64,000 bases of DNA from assembly GCA_963784445.1 (NCBI GenBank), contig CAWARO010000003.1, positions 1,169,440 through 1,233,439 of the forward strand, written 5' to 3'. Source of the stretch: an uncultured Acidimicrobiia bacterium (GTDB lineage: Bacteria; Acidobacteriota; Vicinamibacteria; Vicinamibacterales; UBA2999). This document shows positions 46,276-57,498 of this stretch, piece by piece (position 1 is the stretch's first letter; the number at the start of each line of letters is the position of its first letter). The notes under the pieces were generated by a model, which was given only the letters and a program-made list of their open reading frames with translations, ran no database searches and was not told the DNA's origin. The position numbers were made by a program, and so were the translations under genes.

Positions 46276-46353
46276 GTTCCATGGTTCCACAGTTCCAGCG
46301 TTCCAAGGCAACGTTCAAAACCATGGAACGTTGGAACCGTGGAACCTTGGAAC
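46276..46353. repeat. inverted array of 8-bp-periodic GTTCC x4 / GGAAC x4 in a divergent promoter region
   Basis: GTTCC at 46276, 46284, 46292 and 46300. GGAAC at 46325, 46333, 46341 and 46349. The arms GGTTCCATGGTTCCACAGTTCCAGCGTTCCAAGG and CCATGGAACGTTGGAACCGTGGAACCTTGGAACC are complementary at 30/34 positions. Confidence 0.93.
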
Positions 46354-46370
46354 CGGTAGAATCGCGGCCG

Positions 46371-48041
46371 ATGAGTAAACGCCCTCACTCTTCCTTAGTC
46401 CTCGACGGCCCCGAGCGGGCCCCCGGCCGCGCCATGCTTCACGCCGTCGGGTTCACGCGCGACGACTTCAAGAAATCCCAGGTCGGCGTCTGCTCGACGT
46501 GGAGCCAGGTCACCCCGTGCAACGTCCACATCGACGCGCTCGCGCGCCACACCGCGGAAGGCGTGACCACCGCCGGCGCCAAGCCAATCATCTTCAACAC
46601 CATCACCGTGTCCGACGCGATCTCGATGGGCACCGAGGGCATGAAGTACTCGCTCGTGTCGCGCGAAGTGATTGCCGATTCGATCGAGACTGTAATGGGC
46701 GCCGAAGGATTCGACGGCCTTGTGGCGATCGGCGGCTGCGACAAGAACATGCCGGCCTGCGTGATCGCCATGGCGCGGCTCAATCGCCCGGCGGTGTTCG
46801 TCTATGGCGGCACGATTCTGCCCGGCAATTTCCAGGGCCGCCCGGTCGACATCATTTCGGTGTTCGAAGCCGTGGGACAACACGCGGCGGGGAAGTTGTC
46901 GGACGCGGCGCTCGCCGATCTCGAACAGCACGCGTGTCCCGGCGCGGGATCGTGCGGCGGCATGTATACGGCGAACACCATGGCGTCGGCCATCGAGGCG
47001 CTCGGCCTCAGCCTGCCAAATAGTTCGGCGCAGGCCGCCGTCTCGAACGATAAGCGAGACGACTGCATCCGCGCCGGCAGCGCGGTGGTGTCATTGATCG
47101 AGCGCAACATCCGTCCGCGCGACATCCTGACGCGCAAGGCGTTCGAAAACGCGATCACCACGATCATCGCGCTTGGCGGATCGACCAATGCCGTGCTGCA
47201 CCTACTGGCGATCGCGCACGCCGCCGGCGTGAAGCTCTCGATTGACGACTTCACGCGCATCGGCCGCCGCGCGCCGGTCCTGGCCGATCTGAAGCCGAGC
47301 GGCAAATACGTGATGGCGGAGCTCGTCAAGATCGGCGGTCTCACGCCGTTAATGAAGCGTCTCCTCGATCGCGGCCTGCTGCACGGCGACGCCATGACGG
47401 TCACGGGCCGCACGCTCGCCGAGAATCTGAGTGGCGTGAAGGATTATCCCGCCGGCCAGGACGTGGTTCGCGCCGTCGACAATCCGATCAAGAAAGACAG
47501 TCACCTGGTGGTGATGCGTGGCAACCTCGCGCCGGACGGCGCGGTCGCGAAGATCAGCGGCAAGGAAGGCGAGCGCTTCAGCGGCAGGGCGCGGGTGTTC
47601 GACAAGGAAGAAGACGCCCTCACGGCGATTCTCGCCGGCCGCATCAAGAAAGCCGACGTCATTGTGATTCGCTACGAAGGGCCACAGGGCGGACCGGGCA
47701 TGCGGGAGATGCTGTCGCCGACGAGCGCGATCATGGGCCGCGGCCTCGGAGCGGAGGTGGCGCTCATCACCGACGGCCGCTTCAGTGGCGGCACGCACGG
47801 CTTCGTGGTTGGGCACATCACGCCGGAAGCGTTCACCGGCGGCCCGCTCGCGCTCGTGAAAAACGGCGACGGGATCACGATTGATGCGCAGTCTCGCACG
47901 CTCACGCTCGACGTCAGCGCGAAGGAGCTCGCGTCGCGACGCCGGAAGTGGCGACCGCGAAAGCCACGCTACGCGCGGGGCGTGCTCGCGAAATATGCAC
48001 GGCAAGTTTCCACGGCCAGTACGGGGGCGGTTACGGACTAG
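46371..48041 (+). CDS. ilvD: dihydroxy-acid dehydratase
   Basis: From the ATG at 46371: [28 protein letters not shown]; [12 protein letters not shown]; [12 protein letters not shown]; 556 aa. Confidence 0.93.
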   Translation: MSKRPHSSLVLDGPERAPGRAMLHAVGFTRDDFKKSQVGVCSTWSQVTPCNVHIDALARHTAEGVTTAGAKPIIFNTITVSDAISMGTEGMKYSLVSREVIADSIETVMGAEGFDGLVAIGGCDKNMPACVIAMARLNRPAVFVYGGTILPGNFQGRPVDIISVFEAVGQHAAGKLSDAALADLEQHACPGAGSCGGMYTANTMASAIEALGLSLPNSSAQAAVSNDKRDDCIRAGSAVVSLIERNIRPRDILTRKAFENAITTIIALGGSTNAVLHLLAIAHAAGVKLSIDDFTRIGRRAPVLADLKPSGKYVMAELVKIGGLTPLMKRLLDRGLLHGDAMTVTGRTLAENLSGVKDYPAGQDVVRAVDNPIKKDSHLVVMRGNLAPDGAVAKISGKEGERFSGRARVFDKEEDALTAILAGRIKKADVIVIRYEGPQGGPGMREMLSPTSAIMGRGLGAEVALITDGRFSGGTHGFVVGHITPEAFTGGPLALVKNGDGITIDAQSRTLTLDVSAKELASRRRKWRPRKPRYARGVLAKYARQVSTASTGAVTD

Positions 48042-48175
48042 GGCGTTGAAACCTTCTCGTGGCGAGGCGTGCAACTGCTATTGCATCCGCGAACCGACGG
48101 GGCTTACACTCCTGCAACCATTTGTAACCCAATGTAAGCGAACCTGGCGCGGACCAATCGGTGGAGGGCTCGACC

Positions 48176-51100
48176 ATGCGAAATTCTCTGTTGCAGCGCG
48201 CGTTTCTCGCGGTTTGTATCAGCATGCTGGCCTCGCCTACGGCCTCGGCCCAGACATTCACGGGCGGCCTGCGAGGTTCGGTGAGCGATGCCGGCGGAAT
48301 CCTCCCCGGCGTTTCCGTCACCATCATCAACGAAGGCACGCAGGTCGAGCGCGAGACGACCACGAATGCCTCCGGGGAATACAGTTTCTCCGCGGTCCCG
48401 CCGGCGACCTACACGATTCGGGCCGGTCTGACCGGCTTCAAGACCTACGAGCGCAAGGGCTTCCGCGTTGCGACGCAGCAGTTTCTCACGCTCGACATCA
48501 CGCTCGAAGTGGGCCAGGTGCAGGAGACCATCACCGTCACCGCAGACGCTCCGCTGATCGAGACGTCCAACGCGTCGACGGGTGGCACGCTCGATCGCCA
48601 GGTCCTGGAGGCGCTCCCCGCCCCCGGCCGCAACGCCTTCATGATCAGCGTCACTGTGCCGACGGTTGCTCCGACCGGCGACCCGCAATTCAATCGCCAG
48701 CAGGATCAGACCAACGCCTCTCGCATTTCGATGGGCGGTGGCGGCGTGCGCGCGAACAACTACCTGCTCGACGGCGTACCGATCACCGAGCTCCGCGGCC
48801 GCGCCGTGCTCAATCCAACGATTGAAGCGCTCGAGGAAGTGAAAGTGCAGGTGCACACCTATGATGCGGAAATGGGCCGCACCGGAGGTGGGGTGTTCAA
48901 CGTCACTGCCAAGTCAGGCACCAACGCGTTTCACGGCAGCGGCTTCTACCAGACGCGGCCGGTCTGGGGTGTGACCGAAAACTTCTTCGTGGAGAAGACC
49001 GGCCAATCGAAGGAAGAAAGCGGGTTGTCCGAGACCTACTACCGCCTGTACGGCGGCGGCGTTGGGCGGACCCATCTGGAAGAATCGGACGTTTTTCTGG
49101 ACCGCGACGGAAGGCTATCGATCCAACACGACGCGCAACGAGCAGCAGGTCTGGCCCAGCGCGAAGCAGCGCACCGGCGATTTTTCGACGTCCACGCTCA
49201 GCGGCGTCCCCGTGCGCATTTTCAATCCCGTACTGTCGAGGCGGTGCGGCCAACGCCAAGTGTCCGGCGACCGGTACTGGCTCCCTAGCGACCGGTGGCG
49301 AATTTACGGGCGCCATCATTCCGCGGACGCACCCGGCGGCAAACGCCGCCGGCTTCGGGTTGCTTGGCGCCTGGCCCACGCAGACGATCGCCGGCGCGAT
49401 AGCGGGCAACGAGAACAATGAGCCGAACGCGAGCGCCACGGGGCCGATTGTCGATTCAGCCGACATGTTCACGTTCAAGGCGGAACACAAGTTTACCGAC
49501 ACCTGGAGCATGAGCGGCTTGTACATCTACAACAAGACCGACGAGCCCGGCAGCACCATCATGCGGCCTGAAGAGTGGTACATCGCCAGCCAGGACAATT
49601 TCTTCGGTCCGCTGCGGCGCCGGCCGCACGTTGCGGTGATCAACAACACCAACATCATCAACGACTCCACGGTCCTCACCGTCCGCTACGGCTTCTCCAC
49701 GTGGCAGGACTCGTGCGACAAGCAGGCGTTCTCCGCCGGCATCGGTTCGCTCGGATTCAGTCCCAACTATGTCAACTCCGTAGCCGAGGCGGACGTGTTT
49801 CCGAACTTGAATTTCGACGACGTTCAGGACGTTGGCGGATGGGGCGGCGGACCGGTCCGCTGGTACAGCCCCTACTCGGTCAACGGCACGCTGTCCAAAC
49901 TGATCGGCAGCCATAGCCTCAAGATCGGCGGCGACTTGCGGAAGCTGGGCGTGAAGCTGGCGACGGAAAGTGAAATGGGCGGAGAGTTCTTCTTCGATCG
50001 CTTGTTCACGAGCAACGCCGGCGTCGGCGGACATGAACTGGCGAGCGTCCTGCTCGGCGTGCCGGCATCGGGATCCGTACCCTTCAACCGTGGCGAGGGT
50101 GACTGGTTTACCACCTACTACGGCGCGTACCTTCAGGACGACTGGCGAGTGAGTCAGCGGCTGTCGGTCAATTTCGGCGTCCGACTCGAACATGAAGACG
50201 GCTTACAGGAAGTCGACAACCGCCAGACCGTGGGATTCGACAAAGCGGCGGTCAGTCCGCTAAACGCGCTCGTTCCCAAGACGGGATTGCTCGCGGGCCG
50301 GACCTTGAACGGCGGCCTGATTTTCGCCGGTGTCAACGGCGCCCCCACTGAACAGGGGGATCTCGCGGCCTTGAAGGTGGCGCCGCGCGCCGGGTTTAGC
50401 TTTGCGCTGAACCGCGCCACGGTCATCCGCGGCGGCTACGGACTGTTCTTTGCGCCGTGGAACTACAGCACGACGCAGCATGGCCAGACCGGCTTCAGCC
50501 GAACGACGTCGCTGAATCAGTCGGATAGCACTCGCGCTGTGCCGATCACGTCTCTCGAAAACCCGTTCCCGAATGGACTGCAGCAGCCAATCGGCAGCTC
50601 GCTTGGGCTGCTGACGGCCACCGGCGGGACGGTTAACTTCGTCGACCAGAACAAGGGCGACCCCAAAGTGCATCAATACTCGATCGACATGCAGCGCGAG
50701 CTCGGCGGCAATATGGCCGTGACCGTCGGCTATGTGGGCGCCACGGGGCGCGATCTGGGCTTCGGCGGCAGTAACCCGATAGGCATCAACATCAATCAGA
50801 TGGATCCCGAGGTGGCGCGCCGGGTGTTCCCAGGTCCGAATGGCACGTGGAATCCTGCCGCGCTGACCGCGGAAGTGCCGAACCCGTTCTTTGGCATCGC
50901 CGGCACCGGCGAGTTCGGAGCGCGTGCGACCATTCAGGCGGGCCAACTGCTGCGGCCGTACCCGCAGTTCGGCGACGTCTTCGAGTTCGAGCGTACCGCC
51001 GGCGGCAAGCGGCAGTATCACGCCGCGACCTTGGTCCTCGACAAGCGCCTGGTGGGCCGGTGGGGCGGGCGAATGAGCTATACGTGGAGCAGCACCAAAG

Positions 51101-51754
51101 ACAACCAGTTTGGCCAGGACAACACATATCTGACCCGGACGGCCATTCCCCAGAACAACTACGATCTCGACGCCGAGTACGGCGTCAGCTACTTCGACTC
51201 GCCGCATCGCATCATCCTCGCCCCGATTTTCCGATTCCCGGACGGTGGCAACGATGCTCACGCAGGGCTGGAATGCCTCGGCGGTGGTCGAGCTCGTCAG
51301 CGGCGCGCCGTTGAATGCCGTGTTGAGCGCTGGCGCGTCCGACCGCGAACCTCGGGCTCTTTGGCGGCCGGCAGCGGCCGAACCTGACCGGCGATCCGAA
51401 TACCGTCGGGCAGCGACAACGACCGCGTCGTATTCGAAGGGCAGGAGGACGCTCGCTACTTCAACGCCGGCGCGTTCGCGAATCCCGGGCCGGGCACCTT
51501 CGGCAACGCGCCGCGCGCGATCGGTGACGCGCGCTACCAGTTCCGGCAGAACATCGACCTCGTCATCGCGAAAGACACGCGGATTGGCGGCAGCCACGAT
51601 CGCGCAGGTGCGGTTCGAGATTCTCAACCTGACCAACACGGCGAAGTTCCGGGGCATCGATTCGAACGCGATCACCGATCAGAGCTTCGGGCGTATCACG
51701 CAACAGGCCGGCTTCATGCGGATCTGGCAGTTGAGTTTCCGGTATACTTTCTAG
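48176..51754 (+). pseudogene. TonB-dependent receptor, CarboxypepD_reg-type (TBDR-A), six frame switches
   Basis: Signal plus QTFTGGLRGSVSDAGGILPGVSV, plug region, C-terminal ...FMRIWQLSFRYTF. Paralog of 53864-57400. Switches near 49060 (gttGGGcgg), 49228 (aatCCCgta), 51250, 51345, 51409 (gtcGGGcag) and 51590. Confidence 0.82.
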
Positions 51755-51826
51755 CCACAGATTGACGCCGATTAGGCACTGATTGATCGGTTTGATCGGT
51801 GCCTAATCGGTGTTTCACCGGTGGCC

Positions 51827-53584
51827 CTAGCGCGGGCGGTTGCGCCGCCGCTTGCCCTCACGGGACGCACGCTTCGCGGCTGGGCCCGCGGCGGTGCTGT
51901 CTCCCCTCATCCCTCGTCGTCGAAGCGCAATTCCCACAGCGACCAGCGCGATGAGGCCGGCGGTGACGCCGATGACGGATGCTGCGTAGGACGGCAAGAA
52001 CCCCGCGCGTGCGATGGCGGCCCTCGCCGCCGTGAGTTCCGGCACGTCGGCATCGGCCTGCGAATAATTTTCGAGGAGCTCGCGGTAACGGTCACGCGCC
52101 ACGTCTGGTGAACCCGCCGCCGCGGCGGCGCGCGCCAACCCGAGTACCGAGAGGGAGCGGTTGGCGTTGCGCTCGAGGGCCTGTCGAAAAGGCTCGATCG
52201 CCTCAGCCGGACGTCCGAGCTCGAGCAGCAATTCCCCGAGCAGCTCCGGCGCCGGCTTGATCGGCGCGGGCAGGCCCAGCGGCGGCGGCAGCTGTCAGCT
52301 CGGCGTCGGTGGCGGCCTCGAGAATCTCGACCGCCTGCTCGCCGCGGCCGGCCGCGAATTCGATCATGGCCGCGACCTGCCGCTCCATGATTGCGATGGC
52401 CGGGCGCAGGTCGCCTTCCTGCGGCGACTGGGACCGGGTCGCGAGCCGCCTGGCGCGCAAGTTCGGCGAGCGGAGTGTTGCCCGAGCGCGCGGCACTGAC
52501 GCCAATGGCGTACAGCTCGTTGACGTTGCCGAAGTTGCGTTCGCTGCGCGAGCACATCCCAGCGGCGCGTCTCGACGACATAGCGAGCCCGCATCGACGA
52601 CAGCTCGCTCAGCAGGCCCAGGTCGCCGGTCGCCTTGACCGTGGGCGCGATCTCATCGAGGGTCGCCCACGCCTCGCGGTATCGTCCCTGCTGCAGCAAC
52701 TCGTATTGAAGCCACGACAGCGCGTGGTAACTGCGCAGGGCCGCTCCCAGGCCCTTGGCCTTGATCCAGGCGTCGGAGGCCGCGAACGCCGCGCGGTCCG
52801 CCGCGGCCGCCTCAGTCCACATGCCGAGTTGGACGAAGATGTGAGCCGGCATATGCCGGGCATGGCTCGACTCGGGCGCGACGGTCGCGTATGTGCGCGC
52901 GGCCGGCAGCGCCAGCCTCGCGTGCGCAGGGTCGTCGTAGTTGTGCAGGAGGTAATGGAGCGCGCCAGGGTGTTGCGGGTGTGCGCTGAGCACCCGTTCG
53001 ATGACCTCCGCCACGCGCCGCTGCGTCTCGCTGCCCGCAAGGGAATCACTATGTCCTTCGTGGCTGTCCACGTGGCCGATGAGGCTGCGCGCCATGGTGC
53101 CAAGCAGCGCGAGTGCGTAGAAAGACGCGACGTCGGGGTCCTCTGGATTCCGCGCATAGAGCGCGCCCATCGCATCGGCGTAGCCGCGGCGGCGGCTCGC
53201 AGAATCACCTTCGCCGAACAGCGTATCGATGGCCTCGATGAGTGCTTTGTCCGTAGGCGTGGCAGCTCGCGCCGTGCGCGCGGCCGGCGTCGGCCCCAGA
53301 CGATTCAAAACGGCGCGCGCGGCGCCGATGTTCTCGTTCCGCCACAGCGTCTGGTGGTAAGTCATCGCCTCGCCCCAGTAGGCCATCGCGAACCCAGGAT
53401 TCACACCTTGGATCCGCCGGAATATCTCATTGGCGTCTTCGTATTCGAAGTGGTGGAGGGCGACGACGCCGCGGCGAAACTCGGCTTGCGGGTCCTGCGC
53501 CGCTGCGATCGGGGAAAGCCACACGACGAGTGCTGCGCAGAGGAGACGCGGAGCAACCGCGTTGCGCAGCGGCCTCTGCGGCAT
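51827..53584 (-). pseudogene. TPR-like periplasmic protein with conserved His motifs (TPR-A), three frame switches
   Basis: Signal MPQRPLRNAVAPRLLCAALVVWLSPIAAAQ; AYWGEAM; HPGALHYLLHNYD; SHARHMPAHIF. Continues through ORFs 51907-52581, 52203-52505 and 51827-52231. Has a C-terminal TM segment. Confidence 0.75.
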
Positions 53585-53754
53585 CGGCGGATTATACCAG
53601 CGCGGAAACGTGCATGCCGCCGATGGAAAGCGAGCATGCTCGCCGGAATCCAAAAATTCGTAGGCGATCGATCCATAAGTACGTAAGCTTGCAAACCCGT
53701 CTCGGAACCGCGTAAACTCCGGCAACCTACGTAACAGAACCGAAACAGCTCGCG

Positions 53755-53786
53755 CTTTGTGTTTTTGCTGCTTTGTGTTTTTGCTG
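53755..53786. repeat. perfect 16-bp tandem duplication (CTTTGTGTTTTTGCTG x2) upstream of TBDR-B
   Basis: 53755-53770 is identical to 53771-53786. AT-rich. Lies in the divergent TPR-A / TBDR-B intergenic region. Confidence 0.95.
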
Positions 53787-53863
53787 GAGTTGATCCCTGG
53801 TCGGCGTTGTGTCTGTGCCCGATGCGGTGGCCACAGATTCTTTAGATTTGGAGGACAGCGAGT

Positions 53864-56800
53864 ATGAGGAACCTTGTTGCTCGGTGGTGCGCGATGGCAC
53901 TGCTGCTTGTTCCACTAACCACCAGTACGGCGTGGGCGCAGACGTTTACCGGTGGCGTTCGCGGAGTCGTGCAAGACTCCGGCGGCGTCGTGCCCGGCGT
54001 CACGGTCACGCTGACTAACGAAGCCAACGGCGCGGTGCGCAATGAGGTTTCGAACGAACAGGGCCTCTACAACTTCGCCGCGGTGGCGCCGGGTATCTAC
54101 ACCGTCAAGGCCGAGTTGACCGGCTTCAAGACCTTTGAGAACAAAGGCATCCGCGTCGCGACGCAGCAGTTCGTGACGATGGACATCAAGCTCGATGTCG
54201 GCCAGCTGCAGGAGACCATCACCGTCACCGGTGAAGCGCCGCTGATCGATACCTCGAACGCCTCGACGGGCAGCGTGATCGATTCGCGCCAGCTCGAGTC
54301 GTTGCCGAGCGCGGGCCGTTCCGCCTTCCTCTTTGCCGTCACCGTGCCCACCGTGGTGGCCTCGGGCGACGCGCAGTTCAACCGCCAGCAGGATCAGACC
54401 AACGCGTCGCTCCTGTCGCTGGGCGGCGGCGCGCGCCGTGCCAACAACTACCTCGTGGACGGCGTGCCGATCACCGACCTGCGTAACCGCGCCACCGCGA
54501 ACCCGAACATGGAAGCGATTGAAGGCGTGAACGTCCAGGTGCACCAGTACGACGCCGAAACCGGCCGCACCGGCGGCGGCACGTTCAACGTTGCCACCAA
54601 GTCCGGCGGCAACTCCTGGAACGGCAGCGGCTTCTACCAGGCCCGCCCGAAGTGGGGCGCGACCAACAACTTCTTCTCCGAGCTGTCTGGCGTTCCGCTG
54701 CCGAATACCTACTTCCACCAGGGCGGCGGCGGCTTCGGCGGCCCGGTCGCCAGGAACCGCACGTTCTTCTTCTTCTCCGTGGAAGGCTACGGCTCCAACA
54801 CCACGCGTAATGCGCCGCAGCGGCTGCCGACCACGCGTGAGAAGCAGGGCGATTTCTCGCAGAGCCGTAACTCGGCGGGGCAGCTGGTGCAGATCTTCGA
54901 TCCGCTCACCGGCGATGCGCAGGGCAACAACCGCCAGCCATTCGCGAACAACGTGATTCCCACCAACCGGCTGAACCCGGTGGCGGTGAAGATCCTGAGC
55001 TATGTGCCGAACCCGTCGCGCGACATCAGTGACGGCTCGCCCAACCACGACGCCATCGGCGAGATCAACGACCGCGCCGTCATGTATACCGGCAAGATGG
55101 ATCACCGCTTCTCCGACAAGGTGTCGTTGATGGGGTTCTATCTCTACAACAAGACCGACGAGCCGTGCGCGAACTCGCTCGTTCCCCAGGGTGAGCCGAA
55201 CGCGTTCATCGACTCCAACGACTACGTGCTGCGCCGGCGCGTCCACGTGCTCGCGCTGAACAACACCTGGCTGCCCGGCAACAACACGGTGTTCACCCTG
55301 CGCTACGGCTGGACGAAGTTCCAGGACCAGAACACGCTGTCCGTGGAGTACGACCCGGCCCAGCTCGGGTTCGACCAGTCGTTCTTGAGCCCGCTGCAGG
55401 TCAAGAAGTTCCCGCAGATCACCACGCTGACCGACTACCGCGCCCTCGGCGCCATCGATCCGAACCGGCTGTTCTGGAATTCGTGGAGCGCCAACGGCAC
55501 CATGTCGAAGCTGGTCGGCAGCCATACCTTCAAGGTCGGCGCCGATTACCGCAACATCAGCGTCGACACGCAGTCGTTTGCGGGTGGCGCCGGACGGTTC
55601 GCGTTCACGCGCCTGTTCACGTCGTCCAATCCGCTGGCGACCAACGCCACGTCGGGCAATGCCGTCGCGAGCATGCTGCTTGGCTACCCGGCTGCCAACG
55701 TCGATTCAGCCAGCACGGTGACGGTCTCGAGCCCGTTCCTGGCCTGGACCAACTATTACGGCGCCTACGCCCAGGACGACTGGCGCGTCAGCTCCAAGTT
55801 CACCCTGAACTACGGCCTCCGCCTCGAACATGAAGACGGCCTGCGCGAGGAGAACAACGGCTTTACGGTTGGCTTCGACCGGACGCTCAATCCCGGCGGC
55901 GCGCTCGGCAACGTCGTCAACCCGCTGACGGGCCAGCGGATTGTTGGCGGCCTGGTCTACGCCGGCCAGAACGGCGCCAACGAGTTCCAGGGCAACCCCC
56001 CGGGCATCAAGATCTCGCCGCGCGTCGGCATGGTCTACTCGATGAATCCCAAGACCGTCGTCCGCGCCGGTTATGGCATCTACTGGGCGCCGTGGAACTA
56101 CCAGGCGGTGGGCGCGCAGAACTACGGCAACATCGGCTACACGCAGGTGACCCAGTCGCCGCAGCCGCAGTTCACGCCGACCGTGTCCCTGACCAACCCA
56201 TTCCCGAATGGCGTGTTGACGCCAACGGGCAACACCGGCGGCCCGTTGACTGGTGTAGGCAGCGCCATCGAGTTCATCGATCAGGACAAGACCGCGCCGC
56301 AGATTCACCAGTACTCGATCGACATCGCCCGCGAGTTGGCCGGCAACATTGCGATCGGTTTCGAATACGTCGGCGCCACCGGCCGCGACCTGAACCTCGG
56401 CGGTTCGAACGACGGCGTGATCAACATTAACCAGGTGCACCCCCAATACCTGGCACTGGGCCCGGCGCTCCTCGAACAGGTGCCCAACCCGTTCTTCGGC
56501 CTGCCGCAGGGCCAGGGCAAGAGCGTGACCAGCGCAACGATTCAGCGCCGCGAACTGCTCCGTCCGTTCCCGCAGTTCAACGACATCCTGATGCGCCAGT
56601 CGACGCTCGGGAAAAGCCAGTACCACGCCGGCGTGTTGAAGCTCGAAAAGCGCATCAGCAACGGCTGGGGCGGACGCATCAACTACACCTATAGCCGGTT
56701 GATGGACAACCAGTTCGGCGAGGGCAACTTCTTCTCGAGCGCGTCGACCGAAATGCAGGACGCGTACAACCTGGATGCCGAATACTCAATCGGCCTGCTG

Positions 56801-57400
56801 GACGTGCCGCACAAGATTTCGATCGCGCCGATCATCGAACTGCCGTTCGGCGAGGGCAAGCGTTGGCTGCAAAGCGGCGTTGGCGCGGCGGTGCTCGGCG
56901 ATTGGACGCTCTCGTCGATCATCGGCATCGAGAGCGGGTTCCCGTTGCAGGTCCGGAGCAACAGCCAGAACACGAACATCTTCACTCGCGCGCAGTATGT
57001 AAACCCAGGAACGGGTGAGATTGCGACCGACGGTACGCGCAACGAGCGCATCGCGCCGCCGCCTGGTTCTGGTTGTGTCACCGGCCAAGAGTGCGGCATC
57101 GGCATCTGGTTGAACTCGGCCGCGTTTTCGCAGCCGGCTAATTTCACGCTGGGCACGCTGCCTCGCACGATTGACTCGGTGCGCACACCGCATCGCAACA
57201 ACTGGGACTTCTCGGCTGCCAAGCAGGTCCGGTTGGGCGGCAATAGGCGCGGTGAAATCAAGATCGAAATGCTGAACATCACCAACACCGTCAAGACCAC
57301 GGGCCCGACGACCACGCTTGGCAGCGCGACGTTCGGTCAGATCCGCACGCAGTCGGGCTTCATGCGCCTGACGCAGCTGACGTTCCGGATGTCCTTCTAG
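53864..57400 (+). CDS. TonB-dependent receptor, CarboxypepD_reg-type (TBDR-B), intact
   Basis: RBS GGAGGA. Signal MRNLVARWCAMALLLVPLTTSTAWAQ; GGVRGVVQDSGGVVPGVTVTL; C-terminal GFMRLTQLTFRMSF; 1178 aa. Confidence 0.9.
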   Translation: MRNLVARWCAMALLLVPLTTSTAWAQTFTGGVRGVVQDSGGVVPGVTVTLTNEANGAVRNEVSNEQGLYNFAAVAPGIYTVKAELTGFKTFENKGIRVATQQFVTMDIKLDVGQLQETITVTGEAPLIDTSNASTGSVIDSRQLESLPSAGRSAFLFAVTVPTVVASGDAQFNRQQDQTNASLLSLGGGARRANNYLVDGVPITDLRNRATANPNMEAIEGVNVQVHQYDAETGRTGGGTFNVATKSGGNSWNGSGFYQARPKWGATNNFFSELSGVPLPNTYFHQGGGGFGGPVARNRTFFFFSVEGYGSNTTRNAPQRLPTTREKQGDFSQSRNSAGQLVQIFDPLTGDAQGNNRQPFANNVIPTNRLNPVAVKILSYVPNPSRDISDGSPNHDAIGEINDRAVMYTGKMDHRFSDKVSLMGFYLYNKTDEPCANSLVPQGEPNAFIDSNDYVLRRRVHVLALNNTWLPGNNTVFTLRYGWTKFQDQNTLSVEYDPAQLGFDQSFLSPLQVKKFPQITTLTDYRALGAIDPNRLFWNSWSANGTMSKLVGSHTFKVGADYRNISVDTQSFAGGAGRFAFTRLFTSSNPLATNATSGNAVASMLLGYPAANVDSASTVTVSSPFLAWTNYYGAYAQDDWRVSSKFTLNYGLRLEHEDGLREENNGFTVGFDRTLNPGGALGNVVNPLTGQRIVGGLVYAGQNGANEFQGNPPGIKISPRVGMVYSMNPKTVVRAGYGIYWAPWNYQAVGAQNYGNIGYTQVTQSPQPQFTPTVSLTNPFPNGVLTPTGNTGGPLTGVGSAIEFIDQDKTAPQIHQYSIDIARELAGNIAIGFEYVGATGRDLNLGGSNDGVININQVHPQYLALGPALLEQVPNPFFGLPQGQGKSVTSATIQRRELLRPFPQFNDILMRQSTLGKSQYHAGVLKLEKRISNGWGGRINYTYSRLMDNQFGEGNFFSSASTEMQDAYNLDAEYSIGLLDVPHKISIAPIIELPFGEGKRWLQSGVGAAVLGDWTLSSIIGIESGFPLQVRSNSQNTNIFTRAQYVNPGTGEIATDGTRNERIAPPPGSGCVTGQECGIGIWLNSAAFSQPANFTLGTLPRTIDSVRTPHRNNWDFSAAKQVRLGGNRRGEIKIEMLNITNTVKTTGPTTTLGSATFGQIRTQSGFMRLTQLTFRMSF

Positions 57401-57432
57401 GGTCTTAGGGTCCTAAGGTCTTAGGGTCTTAG
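57401..57432. repeat. octamer tandem repeat GGTCYTAR x4 starting right after the TBDR-B stop
   Basis: ggtcttag ggtcctaa ggtcttag ggtcttag. TAG/TAA falls in all three frames. Confidence 0.93.
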
Positions 57433-57448
57433 GGCACGACGAAATGCC

Positions 57449-57474
57449 AAGGGCGGCCTTCACGGGCCGCCCTT
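57449..57474 (+). terminator. GC-rich hairpin followed by a T-rich stretch (possible intrinsic terminator or attenuator)
   Basis: AAGGGCGGCC-TTCACG-GGCCGCCCTT followed by GTGTTGT. Lies between TBDR-B and TPR-B. Confidence 0.45.
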
Positions 57475-57498
57475 GTGTTGTACGCTCATTTTCGAATC

